64,000 nt of DNA, from NCBI GenBank assembly GCA_028534125.1, contig CM052817.1:39620001-39684000 (forward strand), in the 5' to 3' direction. The notes under the pieces are model-generated. The model did no database searches. It had not been told where the DNA came from and saw nothing but the letters and a program-made list of their open reading frames with translations. Made by a program: the position numbers and the translations under genes. Below, piece by piece: positions 40,369-53,394 of this stretch; position 1 is the stretch's first letter, and each line of letters opens with the position of its first letter. Origin of the DNA: Lama glama (taxonomy: Eukaryota).

Positions 40369-41029
40369 TGTTGGTGAACTTAAAAAATCAATGAATTGAA
40401 ATAAACTTTTCTACCTGCTGCTTTTCTGGAAGTCCACTTATTCTTATTTAAAACAAAAACATAGCAGCAACTAGGAACTATCCAAAATTCCCCTTTGGCA
40501 TCATATATACCACAAAATACACCAGATTTAGAGCCAAAAGATCTAAGTTCAAGTTCCTGCTCTGCCTCTAACACCATGATTTTGAGCAAATCAGTTAATC
40601 TCTCAAGATCTTCTTTTGCTTCAACTCTTTCAAAATATCATTTTCAAAAAGCTAAAAGCATGACTGCCATACAAATATATAATGAACACATGTCAAAGTT
40701 TTGTTTAGCTCATTAATGAGAGAACCAGCAGGAAGAACCTACCTACCCAGGAGAGTTAATCCCATTAAACACTGTGACATTAAAAGGACACATGGCCATC
40801 TTCTTGCCTATCTCCAAATTTTGAAAAATTTTCTTAACATCTGAATATTAAGAATAATAATGTCTACCTTCCAGTTGTTATGAGACTTTTAAGAAAAAGT
40901 ACGTGGAAGTACTTTGCTCTGAAAAGCATTATCCAAATATAAAATATTTTTATCATTACCAATGGCTTTCTAATTGCATCAGCCTCTACTAAATACTTTC
41001 AACCTGCTCACTGCCTTTCCAGCTCGTTT

Positions 41030-41465
41030 CCCCAAACTCATCCACTAGCCATAAGCCAGTCAGTAACTTGAACATTGTCTTTCCTTTTCTTTATTTCTCA
41101 TCACCTCCAATGTCTTATCAACCACCAAGCCTTGTTTATTGACCTCCTAAATATCTCCCATTTGTTGATTTATCTCCTACTTAACTTTCAAAGCTCCACT
41201 TAAATGCCACATCTCCAGGTTTTCTTTCCTAATCTCCAGGATGCAGAAGCCCATCCCTTTACCTGTTTGATCCCATGACATCCTGTATTTCCCCATTCCT
41301 TGAATATCACATTACATGAATAAATATTTTAATTTTTTTTTGTTTGCATCCCCCTCTTCTTTGAAGGGATGCCTCCTTTACTGTCTTGTCCAGCATTTAT
41401 ATCACAGGACTTGGCATATTATAGGAGCTCAATAAATATTTAAATGTATAGATGGAATGAAAATG
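41030..41465 (+). mobile_element. L2 LINE 3' fragment
   Basis: Ends cttggcatattataggagctcaataaatattt...gaatgaa. Confidence 0.65.
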
Positions 41466-43764
41466 ATTCATCTACCAGAATAAAGTACAAATTTTTAAAA
41501 AGAAAAAGCTATCTCAAATGGATATAAGAAAAAGAAAATCATAGTTCAGGAAAGAAGGGAAGTTAAGGAAAATAAATGGAGCTGACATATAAGACATTCA
41601 TAAAATTTGAGAGTTGCAAAGACCTCAGAAATTGTGTCAGTTCCCCTACTCATCTTACATGTGAGGGATCCAAAAAGTTAAGCAATTTGCCCCAAACCTC
41701 ACAAGTTAGTGGCAAAGCAAGGAGACCAGTCTTGGTCTCTCGATTCCCTGCAATACCACCATGCAGTGAATGTCTGCAGGGGAGAGGAGCGGTGAGGAGG
41801 GGAGAGGGGAACAAACCGAGGCACTTCTTTACTCAAGGCTGTAGCGAGGGTGCTGGCACCCAGTCACTTATTCTCCTCACAGGTTTCAAGGTAATAATAC
41901 GAGCTAGAGAGACAACATGCTGATCCACGGTTCCCTGGGCCCATGCCCATTCATCTTACATCTGAGTAATAATGTCTCCCTTTGAGATCATGCTGTCATT
42001 CTCCGAGGAGTCCCTGAATACTTCCAACAGTCTTGTGGGAAATGGAGGCTTAAGAGTTGCTTTTCCATAGAAGACACAGAGTGGCTAATTTCCTTCTCTT
42101 CTCCCCCACAGACCCATTTCAAACTCATCCATCAGCTCTCAGGAAAGTACAATACATGAAACAACAAGAATAAAAGCCTTTATATTAAATTCCTTGTGGG
42201 TGAACTTTGCAGATAAAGCAGAACAATCTGATCTTAGCAAGTTAAATGGTTTGCAAATCACAATGTGCTGCACCCTTCAGATGCATCCTTATGTAAAATA
42301 AATCACCTAGTATTATCATAGCGGTATTTGCAAGTACAGTGGAGTGAGAGGGGTCTGCTTCAGGAAAATTCATATATGAATTTATACCAGAGGTCTCAGC
42401 CTTTGGCAAGAGACAACTAATGTTTCATTTACGGAAATCCATAATAGCTTTGTAGGAATACTGAGACAAGGGAAAGGGGGACTAGAACATAAAGGAAGAG
42501 AAGAATAAAAAATGTTGTCATTGAGTTGCTGAGTACATAAGAATCAGACAAAGTGAGAAAGGAGATGTCTTGTCACTCCCTTGCAAAAATCATAGTAAGC
42601 TTTATAAAAAGATCATCGGACGGGATAAGGTTATAAAATATTCCAGTTGATATTGATCTGTTGATTGCAGATTACATATATATTTGCACACATTATACAG
42701 TTGCATGTATGTAAATATACATAAGCATTTGTGTTTGTACACAAACATACATAAAGGTTGTACTTGCTAAATAAGCCAACAAAAAATGTTAACAGTTTAC
42801 TGTTGGTTGGACATGTCTTCACATGATGATTTGATCCTACCATATATTTTCCCATCACTAGTATATGTTTGAAAACAACTTGCAAGGGTTAGAACCTCAA
42901 CTTGCCTTTAAGAGATGAACATGAAGTAAACTGTACAATATTAAATCTACAATTGGTATCTGGTTGGTTGTGGGCGTGGGTGTGTGTGCATGTGCACACC
43001 CATAAACTAACTTACACTGCTTCGAATAAATGAAGGCCACACTTACTACAAAAATTATCTGCCTAATAACAATCTCACTACTCTGTCGGTGCTGAGGTAG
43101 ATTATACTCCCAAATGCAATATTATTATTAATATTAGGGGAGGTTTTTAAAATTTTGAGGCCAATTGAAAAAAAAGTTAGTTTTTTCATTATATATTGTA
43201 ATAACAACAGCCACCATTTAATAAATGTTTCCTTCTAAACCATGCTTTACACAAAGCTCTATTACAACAACGCAGGCATGAGCCTTACAGAGGATAAGTT
43301 AGTAATGTCATCTTTATTTAAAAAGACAGTGTGTATATTACTGACTTTAAAACACAGTGATCACATATGAAAAATTCCCCCAGTGCTGATAAGACCAAGG
43401 TTGATTTATTTTACTTATGCCTGTAACTGAAAAGTGCAGCACATTGCAATTTGCAAATCATTTAATATACCAACTTCAGATTGCTCTACTCTTATTTCAA
43501 AGTTTAATCAGATAGTATATATTAGAAAAAAATTATTCGCCAGAGTTTTTATGTCATATTCTCTTAAATTCTAGAGGGAAAAGTGAATGTTTTTTTAAAT
43601 AGGAGTTGAAAAATTAAGTTAATTGAGATGGCAATATTTTTCAGACAATAATTCAAGATTAACAACACTCATTCTAGAAGACAAAGAGGCTTCTGGAAGG
43701 CTGTAAGCTCTGTATCTCGTGGGGAATCTGAACTCACTGAAGGTCAGTCAGTAGTATAGGCAGT

Positions 43765-44185
43765 CAAGAAGAAAAGCTGGATGCAAACTGGGGGAAGGCA
43801 AGGCAAACTGGAACCTTCACCTGCCCCTCACACCACCTAAACCAATAATGAAGGTGACTTACTGTCCACTGTTGAGCTGCACAGAGGCCTGGCCTACAAT
43901 TCAGGGAGGTGGAAGTTGCTGATACAACCAAAGCAGGAGGAGCCGGGGGCCCAGCTGCCGCCCCCAACAGGGACGTGAGCCAGAGATCAGCCATGTGCAC
44001 AGCACCTTCAGCACATCAGCAACACTGTGGCCAACCTGCCACCTGCACTGGCTACCACCCTGCCTGCCAGCTCTGCCCCAGCTCTTTCTCCTGGTCAGCC
44101 CTAATCCAGAACCACAAGCGGAAGGGAATTCTGGGAGACATAGCTCCAGCTTAGCGAAATTGACACAGTGCAAAACTAACTCTTT
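43765..44185 (-). mobile_element. ERVL-type LTR (MLT2F-like)
   Basis: Minus strand tgtgtcaatttcgctaagctggagctatgtctcccagaattcccttcc. Confidence 0.55.
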
Positions 44186-46758
44186 GAATTAATGAGGATT
44201 TTTTTCCCCATCTCAGTTTTTCTTTCCTTCCCATGATATCCTTCTGCTAACTATGAACCACATCACTAAGACATTTGGCAATAGACCTTTGTGTCCAGAT
44301 AAAGTCAGTGATCTGCATTTCCAAATCCCAAAAGAGATGAAAAAAATAAATAAAAATAATATATTTTCCTTTTGGTTCATGATTCTACTGCATTTAGCCC
44401 AAAAAATATGTTTCTCTAATAAAAAAGATTAGCTATGCATCATCTCATAACCTTGGAAACTCTACCAAGAGCAAATGCACCTTCATATTCCCACAGCAAA
44501 AGAAGAGATAGAAAGCATTAGGTTTGGATCAGCGAAGAGATCAGTTTAAATCATTAACTTTACCCTAACAATTAAAAAATCCATCTGCTTTTATATACAG
44601 TTATTTACTGTAACGTAACTTCATTAGTGTAAAAGATATTATTTCATGTTAAATGTTGAGGTCTTTTAAATACAAAAGACTCAAAAGTAGACGACAGCTT
44701 CTTTTTTCAAACACATTAAACCCTTATCTCTATTTGATTTTTCAAAACTGTGAGGCACAAATCGTCCAGAGCAGAACACTCTGAGTCTCTTTTCTGGCCT
44801 GTAAAGTCAACAGTTATGGTGCTAAAGTTTAATCAATCCCATAAAATGTTACTCAGAAAGTGACCTGGTGTTAGGCCTGAAGTACATCTCCTACATTAAA
44901 AAGCACTTTCAATGCAGCCAGAACAGCATTATTGAAAGAGATAACTAATAGATACCTGGATGAGGATGGGGGAAAGGGGAGGGGTGGGGAGAGGAAAAGT
45001 CAAATGGGAGAGAAGGCCACGAAAATCCCATTTTCCAGCATTTCCCTAAGGAGATGTGGTTGCATAGATGAATGCCCAGGTTGAACAATAAAAGTCTTTT
45101 ATATTATTTCAAACAGACAGCTCCATGAATTTCACAGTGAAACCAGACACTGTGTATTCTCCTGGCACAAACTGGAGATGCCAACACATGAAGCAGGAGG
45201 AGTGCCTGAACGGAGGTCACTAGTACAAGTGCCTATTGTGGAAATTTCAGCACTGCTCACACCAATTACTTTTTTTTTTTCTTCCTTTTTTTTAAACAAA
45301 TAAGGCTTTATTCAATACTCATTAAACAGACCAGACATAGACCTTCTTTAGGGCTGAAGTCACACACACTCACTATATGTGTGGACAATGTTTGTTGGTC
45401 TGAATAAGTATACATGCATAGGAACTTAAAACTTGTCAGATTTTGAAAATGCAAATGTAGAAAAGTAAAATTAATTCAAATTCCACCTTTTGGGAGGGTG
45501 ATAAAACATAATAATATGTAATAAAACATGCAAGTGCTTTCATTTCCCATATATTCAATTCTATCCCCAAGAGGTAACCTCTGTGGGCAGTGGACGTTTG
45601 TCCTTCGAGGTGTTTTCCTACACTTTTACAGTTTAATGCAACCAGTATGTCTTTCCCTGCCTGTGAATGAAAACTCAAGTGGGCCCCGTGACTCTTCTAG
45701 TCCCTCTTAGGTAATAACAGCCATACCTATGGTCACATTAAGATCCTAGCAAGAAGAGGCTCAGTATGTATTTAACATGTCTAAGCCAGGTAGTAATCAA
45801 AACTTCATCCCTGATGAAGCTCTCAAGCTTGCAGCTCTCTCCGACAGCTGTCTGTCCACTGAAGTTCCAGCTCTCTCCTGCAGCTATGCGGCTGCTGCTC
45901 AGACTAGCATCAGACAGGACAGCTGGGTTTGGGGAAGAGTCAGATTGATTTCTTCTCTCTCTCACCATCTCGTATTTCTAATCCTTCTGCACTGTCTGAC
46001 CCCTCGAGCATTACTCTGTCAGGAGGAGGGAGACAGACACCTCTTGTTTATTGTTGTAAGCTGACTTTGGACTTCCTGGGCCTTCAGGAATCTAAAACCG
46101 GTCCCCCTTCCACCTGTACTGCGGTGGCCTTCTCATCTGTAGCTCCCCCTAGTGTTTGTAAAAGCAGCTCTTTTCTTGCCGGCTGTGACTTCCTTCTCAG
46201 CCCCAGGAATCCAGCTGTATCTGCAGCCTTTCTCTGCTGTGATCTAACTGCTCTTTGGGCAGCCTCTGAGTGCTCCATCTGTGTGTCTGTCTGTCTGTCG
46301 CTCTTGTGCATGCCCCATACTCATTTCATGGGAAACACACACGGGTCTTCTACCCACCAACTACAGGACTGAGGGCAGCCAAAGAGACCACCTTCCCTTT
46401 GGTTTTGCTAGCAGCTGTCCCCCACTCTTTCCATTTCTCAGATGGAAGTCAGACTCCAGTCCACCCTGCCCCTACTTGCAGGCCACACATACCATAATTT
46501 CCAGGGGCCTCACGGATACCCCTCTCACCAAGCTCACAGTGAAGACAGGTACTCCACAACCCCCATTCAAAAAAAAGGGGGGGGGGGGCTTAGCATATCA
46601 GTGGGTCTCCCCAAATATCTTCCTCAAAAATCTACCATCAAGTTTCAGATCCCTGAATTTTGTATATCCTCAAGGTATAGAGAGGTTTAAGAACCATCCA
46701 TCTGACTTTCAGCCTATTTTTGTAACTCCTACAGGATGGCTGGTTTCACCAGTCACTT

Positions 46759-47071
46759 CTTTTTTTTTTAAACATTTTTTATTGATTTATAATCATTTTA
46801 CAATGTTGTGTCAAATTCCAGTGTTCAGCACAATTTTTCAGTCATTCATGGACATATACACACTCATTGTCACATTTTTTTCTCTGTGATTTATCAAAAC
46901 ATTTTGTGTGTATTTCCCTGTGCTATACAGTGTAATCTTGTTTATCTATTCTACAATTCTGAAATCCCAGTCTATTCCTTCCCACCCTCTACACCCCTGG
47001 TAACCACAAGTCTGTATTCTCTGTCCATGAGTCTATTTCTGTCCTGTATTTATGCTTTGTTTTTGTTTGTT
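46759..47071 (-). mobile_element. Young 5'-truncated LINE-1 3' UTR
   Basis: Poly-T at 46759-46769; perfect TSD accagtcactt (46748-46758, 47072-47082); near-identical to 1940-2070. Confidence 0.95.
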
Positions 47072-48659
47072 ACCAGTCACTTTTTTTTAAAGTAAAGTTC
47101 TTCAGTAGTATCCATTTAATTGGTTTATTTGTTGCTTCACCAATCACTTTAATATCAGATATCTATCAGTTTAGAGTCTTGGTTGAAACTCATATTTTAA
47201 CATCATTTTATACATCTACATGGATGTGTATGCACATTCATGAATGCGTGCATATAGCATTGATACAAATTAAATTATGTAGTATATTTATATCCCAAGT
47301 TTACAGAATGTTTAGGCAATGGGTATTCTGGCTAATCTGAAAATTCTTATCATTTTGAACACAGTTGTTAAAATATGTGTTATAATTGTTTAAATTATTG
47401 GATTCAAATAAAGTGACTCGTTACATATGTTTTTGATTCATCTGTTTCTTTTTAAATTGAGAATAAACTGGGAATATCCAGTTAATTCAGAGCAGAAATT
47501 AGCCAGGGTCCAGTTAACATAGATTTTGCTCTACTCCTCTGTTTTTAAACTCTTCCTCGTCCTTTTTCTAAATGTATCAAGTGTATTTCCTCTGTTACAA
47601 GAAAGCAGCCACAAACTGCAGAGCAGGGTCTGCTCCACTCTGAAGAAAGCCTCTCCCCAATATTGGAGTTTCCTGAAACTCTACACAAGAAAGACAAAAC
47701 ATTCTCCTAACTTTTAAGAAACTCCGTCTATTGCTGTTTTCATCACAGAAGATAACTTTAGTTCTCCTAAATAAATAAATAAATTCTGAGTTTCTCAACT
47801 TCTTACAGTGCGCTCACGTGCTGTTCTTAATACAAAGGACCAGCAACTCCCCTCCTACAACCCCAGGAACAGAAGGGATAGTGGCAGCCGACATAATATT
47901 CTGCTCAAGAATGTTTTCAGGCATCCTAAAGGAAACATTCTCCAACCAAGCCTGTTTCGTTATGTGTTCAATAACCATATGTTCGTTTCCATGTAGATAA
48001 TGTGCAGCATAATAGACACCTGCAAGGATTCGAGGAGAAGGCAATTATTGACTCAGGGGGCTTTTCCTGATTAGACTCTGAATGGCTCAAACATGACCAG
48101 AACTCCAATTGGGCATTATTAAAAGTTTGCTTTGAATCTCGGATATTTGTTCTTTTGTGCGTAACTAGCTTCTAAAAGGCACACACACCTCCTCCCGTGT
48201 TCAACGGATGTTACGATTAGTTATGATCCAAAACCACAATGTCATTTTACATTTTGAATAAACCTCACTGAACTTGCTCCCAAATGAATACTTTTCACAC
48301 ATGAAATCATAACTTTAATTCAAAATAAATCCTCTGAGACATTTACAGGGCAGTAAATATGAGTCTAGTGAATGGATACATGGAAAATATGAACAAAGCA
48401 GTCCTACAATGCAGGTGGATAAAAAAAATCTGAAAAGTAAAATAAGAAAATACATTCCTGGGCAATTCTTCTGCCCCAGAGGGAAAAACAGAAAAAAGGA
48501 AAGTTAATCAACAAAAATAATCTCATTAATTGTTATAGAAAACTCTAGCTTATCTGTTTCTCACAAAAGCCTGTGTAGTGGGTGGAGGTAGAGGATAATT
48601 AATCACAGATAAAGCTACTGAGGTTTGGAGAGCTTATCTTTTCCCTAAGGTCATATAAT

Positions 48660-48945
48660 TACTAAGACTTGTTCATTCAACATATATTTAAGTGCCAGGC
48701 CCCCAGAATTAAAATAATGTGATAGAATAGAGATTGACAAGATAACAGCTGTACATTGAGTGATCAGTGAAGGCCTATCTAGAGTGCTGACATATAAGCT
48801 GAGAGCAAAAACAGAGAGGGTCAGCCAAGAGAGGGCAGCAGGAAAAACACACCAGGGAGAAGCCATGAACGCAGAGGCCCTGGGGTGGAACAGAGCTGGT
48901 GGGCTCAGGAATGAAAAGAAAGCTAGTGGGCTGGAGAGACTGAAT
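48660..48945 (-). mobile_element. L2 LINE fragment
   Basis: ttcattcaacatatatttaagtgcc; gaaggcctatctagagtgctgacatataagctgag. Confidence 0.6.
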
Positions 48946-48949
48946 AAGG

Positions 48950-49388
48950 TGTTCTGGGGTGTGGACCCCAATGATCCCCGTCTGGCATCCATACCCTCAA
49001 CCAGTCCTCTCCCACACTGTACCGGAGTGGGTCTGTATGGCCAATGGAATACAGCACAAATGATGGTATATCATTCCTAAGATTAGGGTATAAAACACTG
49101 CAACCTCCATCTCTCCCTCTCCCTCTCCCTCTCTCTCAGATCATTCACTCTGGGGGAAGCCAGCTGTCATCTCATGAGATCACCCAGGCAACCTACAGCC
49201 CACGTGTCAAGGAATGAAGGCCTACCAATAGCAGGCGAGTGAGCTTGGCAGTGGAGCTTTCAGCCCCTGTCAAGACCAACATAACTGCAGCCTGGCTGAC
49301 ATCTTGACCAAACTCGAACGACCCAGTTTAGCTGCTCTTGGATTCCTGACTCACAGAAGCTGAGGTAATAAATGTTTGTTGTTTCAAG
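48950..49388 (+). mobile_element. MaLR LTR (MLT1E/F-like)
   Basis: ccccaatgatcccc...actctgggggaagccagctgtcat...aataaatgtttgttgtttcaag. Confidence 0.8.
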
Positions 49389-50300
49389 TCCAATTCAAGC
49401 TGCTAAGTCCAACCTCAGTTCACAGGTCCTTGTTAACAACCATCCTGTAACCACTCCTGGGGATGAGGGGAAGGTACACTGGCTGTGGTCAGCGTACAGG
49501 AAAATGGATGAGAGAAGAGGCCAGCAGAAATCCTGGATGCAGGTTAAGGACTCTTTGGGCAGGAATCCCAGGATCCCATGTACCTGGTGCATGGTCTAGA
49601 AGACAAAGCATGGCTCTTTGTGGGCAGAACCATTGATTCTGCAGACTCTTTACTCCATTGAGGGAGATAGAGCTGGAGAAAAGACTTCCACAGTGTGAGG
49701 CCTTGGGGAGGGGCCCTCATGCCTGGGTTAGAGCACAGAATTGCAGAATTCCTCTCAAACAAGTGAAAACGGTGATTTAGCATAAGGTTTCTACGATGTC
49801 CCACAGAGCTCCAAAGAAGAGAAATGCACCAGCCATCAAGAAGCACCTTGAATCAGAGAATCCCAACACTCTCGGCTGTGGCTCTCCGTCTCTGATCTCT
49901 GTGATTTGCTTTGCATTTGCTGTATTTATCACTTGCTCTCTCGCTAGGCTCACTTTTTCTACTTTTTTGGTCAATACAGCAGAAAACAGTACCTTAGGAT
50001 TGTCAGTCACCACAGAGAATACTCTAATTGGATCATCTTGGGCCAGATTCCAACTCTTAGACTAATCAACCAAGTTGAGGGTTGAGTTCCTTTGTACTAA
50101 TACACAACAACAATGGCTGTTGCCTTGAGGACAGAGTGGAAGAGTATTTCCTAAAGGATAGGAAATCCTTCCTTCATTATGTGCTCACCATGTTCATATA
50201 AAGTAGAATTTTAATTATCAGGATCATGAACAAATTGAAAAGTTTAAACAACTGAATGTTTTCACAAATAAAAATTAAAGCAAATAAAAAAAATATCCTG

Positions 50301-50438
50301 GTGGGGAGGGTATAGCTCTAGTGGTAGAGTGCATGCTTAGCATGCATGAGGTCTTGGGCTCAGTCCCCAGTACTTCCTCTAAGAATAAATAAATAAGTAA
50401 ACCTAATCACCTCCCCTCTACCAAAAAAAAAAAAAAAA
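50301..50438 (+). mobile_element. Camelid tRNA-derived SINE (vic-1-like)
   Basis: Homologous to 12818-12979; poly-A tail. Confidence 0.88.
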
Positions 50439-51809
50439 TCCTAGAGTATTGGCAAGAAATCTTCAGGAGACTAGAGACAAAAAGAGAGTAGAGCAGGGCT
50501 GCAAATACAATTTTGCAGGCTGTTCAATGCCCAACTTCTAGAATACACCATTCATGATGACTCTATACTGCAGCCCCAGTCAATGAAATGTTTAGGGGGA
50601 AAAAAAGTGGTTTTCTGTAGCAAAGATTGCTTGGTCATTGGTGATGAGTCTTTGACACATAAATCATTACATTTTTTTTTAAAAGCCTATATTTTCAAAA
50701 TTTCTAATTATTTATAGTCTGCATACTCTGGATACATATATCCAAATGATTGCTATTCAAATTATTTCCTAATTTAGATTTCTATAAAGCTGCACACACA
50801 ACTTTTTTGATATCGGCCTAAAACAAAACTACAGTACTAATTGAAAGAGCTTCTAAGAAACAAATAGAATAGTCATCTTTTTGGTCTTATTCAGAAACAA
50901 GGCAGAAATTTCTAAGGAAGAAATGCCATTGACTCATCTTTGTAATCTGAGCTGCTAAAGTATGAGCTTCATGAATTAAATTCTTCAGAAAGTCAAAGTA
51001 ATTCACAGAAAACGTATTTATTCACCATGAAGTTATGGAAAAAGTTTATGTATTTTCAAGAAGTTTACTCAGTGAACTTGGTTTCTTCCTGGGCAATTTA
51101 ACCATAGAATCTCAAATAATTCACTGGAAACAACTCAGCAGAACCCTCAATTATTGAGGCGTTTCCCAATATTAAACTTTGAAGACAAATGAGAAAAAAA
51201 TAATCTTAGGAATATAAAATGCAGCAAAATTCATTCATAAAAATAATTTTCTTTCCACTGATAATAACCCCTTATATAGCCCTCCCACATGTACCATGCT
51301 TTGAAAGATTTTATATTCAAAGTTGTAATTATTAAATATTATTTATGTAGTCAATGATTATAGCTATCATTCTGAGTTTCTGATTTATCACTTAATAAAA
51401 TTATGGTCAAAGAAAAGAATCTAATGTCTCAGTTAATCTGGACAACTTCATTGAGGTTAATATATAATTTCTGTTACATTTTTTACAGTAGTGAAAATAA
51501 TTCAGTGGTGCCCATTATTACATTTGAACCCATTAGAGTTCAAGGATCTTAGTCTAGAAGCCAGAGTTCTAAAATTATCATAAATTAAATTTACTCTTCT
51601 AGACTTATATTCATAATTATATATCAAAAAATATATATTGAAAAATTATATATTGAAAATGTTCAAGACCATAATGTAATATCTGAGTCATCAAAATTAA
51701 AATTGTTCACTACTCACAAAAATATATTTGAAAAGCTCCTTCATAAGCAAGGAATACAAAAGCACAATGCATTCTCTCAGTGAGCTCAGAGGACTCTGAG
51801 GGTTATAAG

Positions 51810-52345
51810 ATATTTATTCATTTATCTAATCAGCAAATAAATAGTGGGCACTTATGTACCAGGCTGTGTTAAATTCTTGGAAATTAAAAACAAATCTCTG
51901 CCCTCAAAGTACTCACCAACAGTAGAGGGAGGAAAACCAGTGCTACAACAGGCATGGATATAAAGTGGATTAGAGGCATGAGGGAGGGAGTAATCAGCAA
52001 GATGCTGGGAGTTTCAGGATATTCATTACAAAGAGGTGATATGAACTGAGCCCAGAAAAGTAGAAGATATTAGACATACGGACTTGGGATAGGGCAGTCC
52101 TGGTGGTAGGAAAATGGCTAGGGAAGAGTGAAAGATCATCACAGCCTGGCATGCTGGAGAGCTGCAAGCAGGGTATCAGTAAGACGACAGGCCTGGAGCT
52201 GAGAGCAGGAGGGAGGGCACAGCAAGAGATAAGAATAGGAAAGTTTACAAAGTAAGGCATATACATTCAAACTTTTGATGTAAGGTAGAATATTATCAAA
52301 GGTACTATACACTTAATCAATGGAAATCCATTGTAGATATTTAAA
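51810..52345 (-). mobile_element. L2 LINE fragment
   Basis: ttattcatttatctaatcagcaaataaatagtgggcacttatgtaccagg. Confidence 0.6.
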
Positions 52346-52429
52346 TAAGTAACTTATGTGACTGCTATGCTATAGTTTCTAATAAAATAAAAGTGAATTT
52401 AAACCTTTGACATCAAAACTAGAGAAAGA

Positions 52430-53390
52430 GAATACAAAAAGAACACTACGGAACCAGATCTCTTGTGAACATAGACACAAAAATTCACACAAACAAAGAA
52501 AAAAAAGGTAAATAGAATCCTGCAATCCTGCAATACATAGAAAGAATCATATACCAAAACTATTTGGAATTTACCAAGGAATGCAAAAATGGCTCAATAT
52601 TTGAAAATCAATCAACATAATCCACCGTATTAACAATTACGGAAAAGAAAACCATATGATCACATCAACTGATGCAGAAAAAATTTTTGACAAAAATCAA
52701 CATCCATTTATGAAAAAAATTGCAGCAAACCTAGGATAATCACCACAAATTCATCACCTGACATAGTCAATATGTGTGTGTGTGAGAGAGAGAGAGAGAA
52801 TGTGTGATGAGGACCCTTAAGATTTACTGTCTTACCAAATTTCAAGTATACAACATAGTGTTGTTAAATAAAGTCACCATGCTGTACATTAGATCTCCAG
52901 GACTTATTCAACCTGAGAAGGGGCATCTACCAAAATAAAAACCTACAGCTAATCTCATACTTAGTGGTAAGAGACCGAATGCTTTCCCCTAAGATTGGGA
53001 GCAAGGCAGTGATGTCCGATCTCACCACTCCTAATGGATGGCAAACTGGAAATTCTAGCTAGTGCAAAAAAGAAAAAAAAAAAAAAAAAAAGAAAGAAAA
53101 GTCATACAGATAAAAAAGGAGAAATAAAACTATCTCTGTTTATGAACACCATGATTGTGTTTGTAGAAAATGCTAAAGAATATAACAAAAACAAAAAAAA
53201 CTCCCACAATGAAAGAGTATAGCAAGGTTACAGTATACAAGTCCAAAAATAAAAATTAATCACATTTCCTTATACTAGCAATTTATAATTAGAAAATAAA
53301 ATTTTAAAACAATACTGCTTACAATAGCTCAAAAAACTAAATATTTATGTATAAATCTAACAAAACATGTACAAGACCTAAGCCCTAGAC
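52430..53390 (+). mobile_element. Old L1 ORF2 (RT) fragments, carrying an inverted insert at 52741-52910
   Basis: aaccatatgatcacatcaactgatgcagaaaaaatttttgacaaaa (NHMIxSxDAEKxFDK), aatgctttccccctaaga. Confidence 0.8.
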
Positions 53391-53394
53391 TTTA

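Noticed and set aside
41883..41890. 8-nt microexon between cacag| and |gtaata
   Set aside because: Too short and weak to support without RNA data
46281..46889. 202-aa plus-strand ORF
   Set aside because: Runs through A/G homopolymers into an antisense L1 tail; no protein similarity
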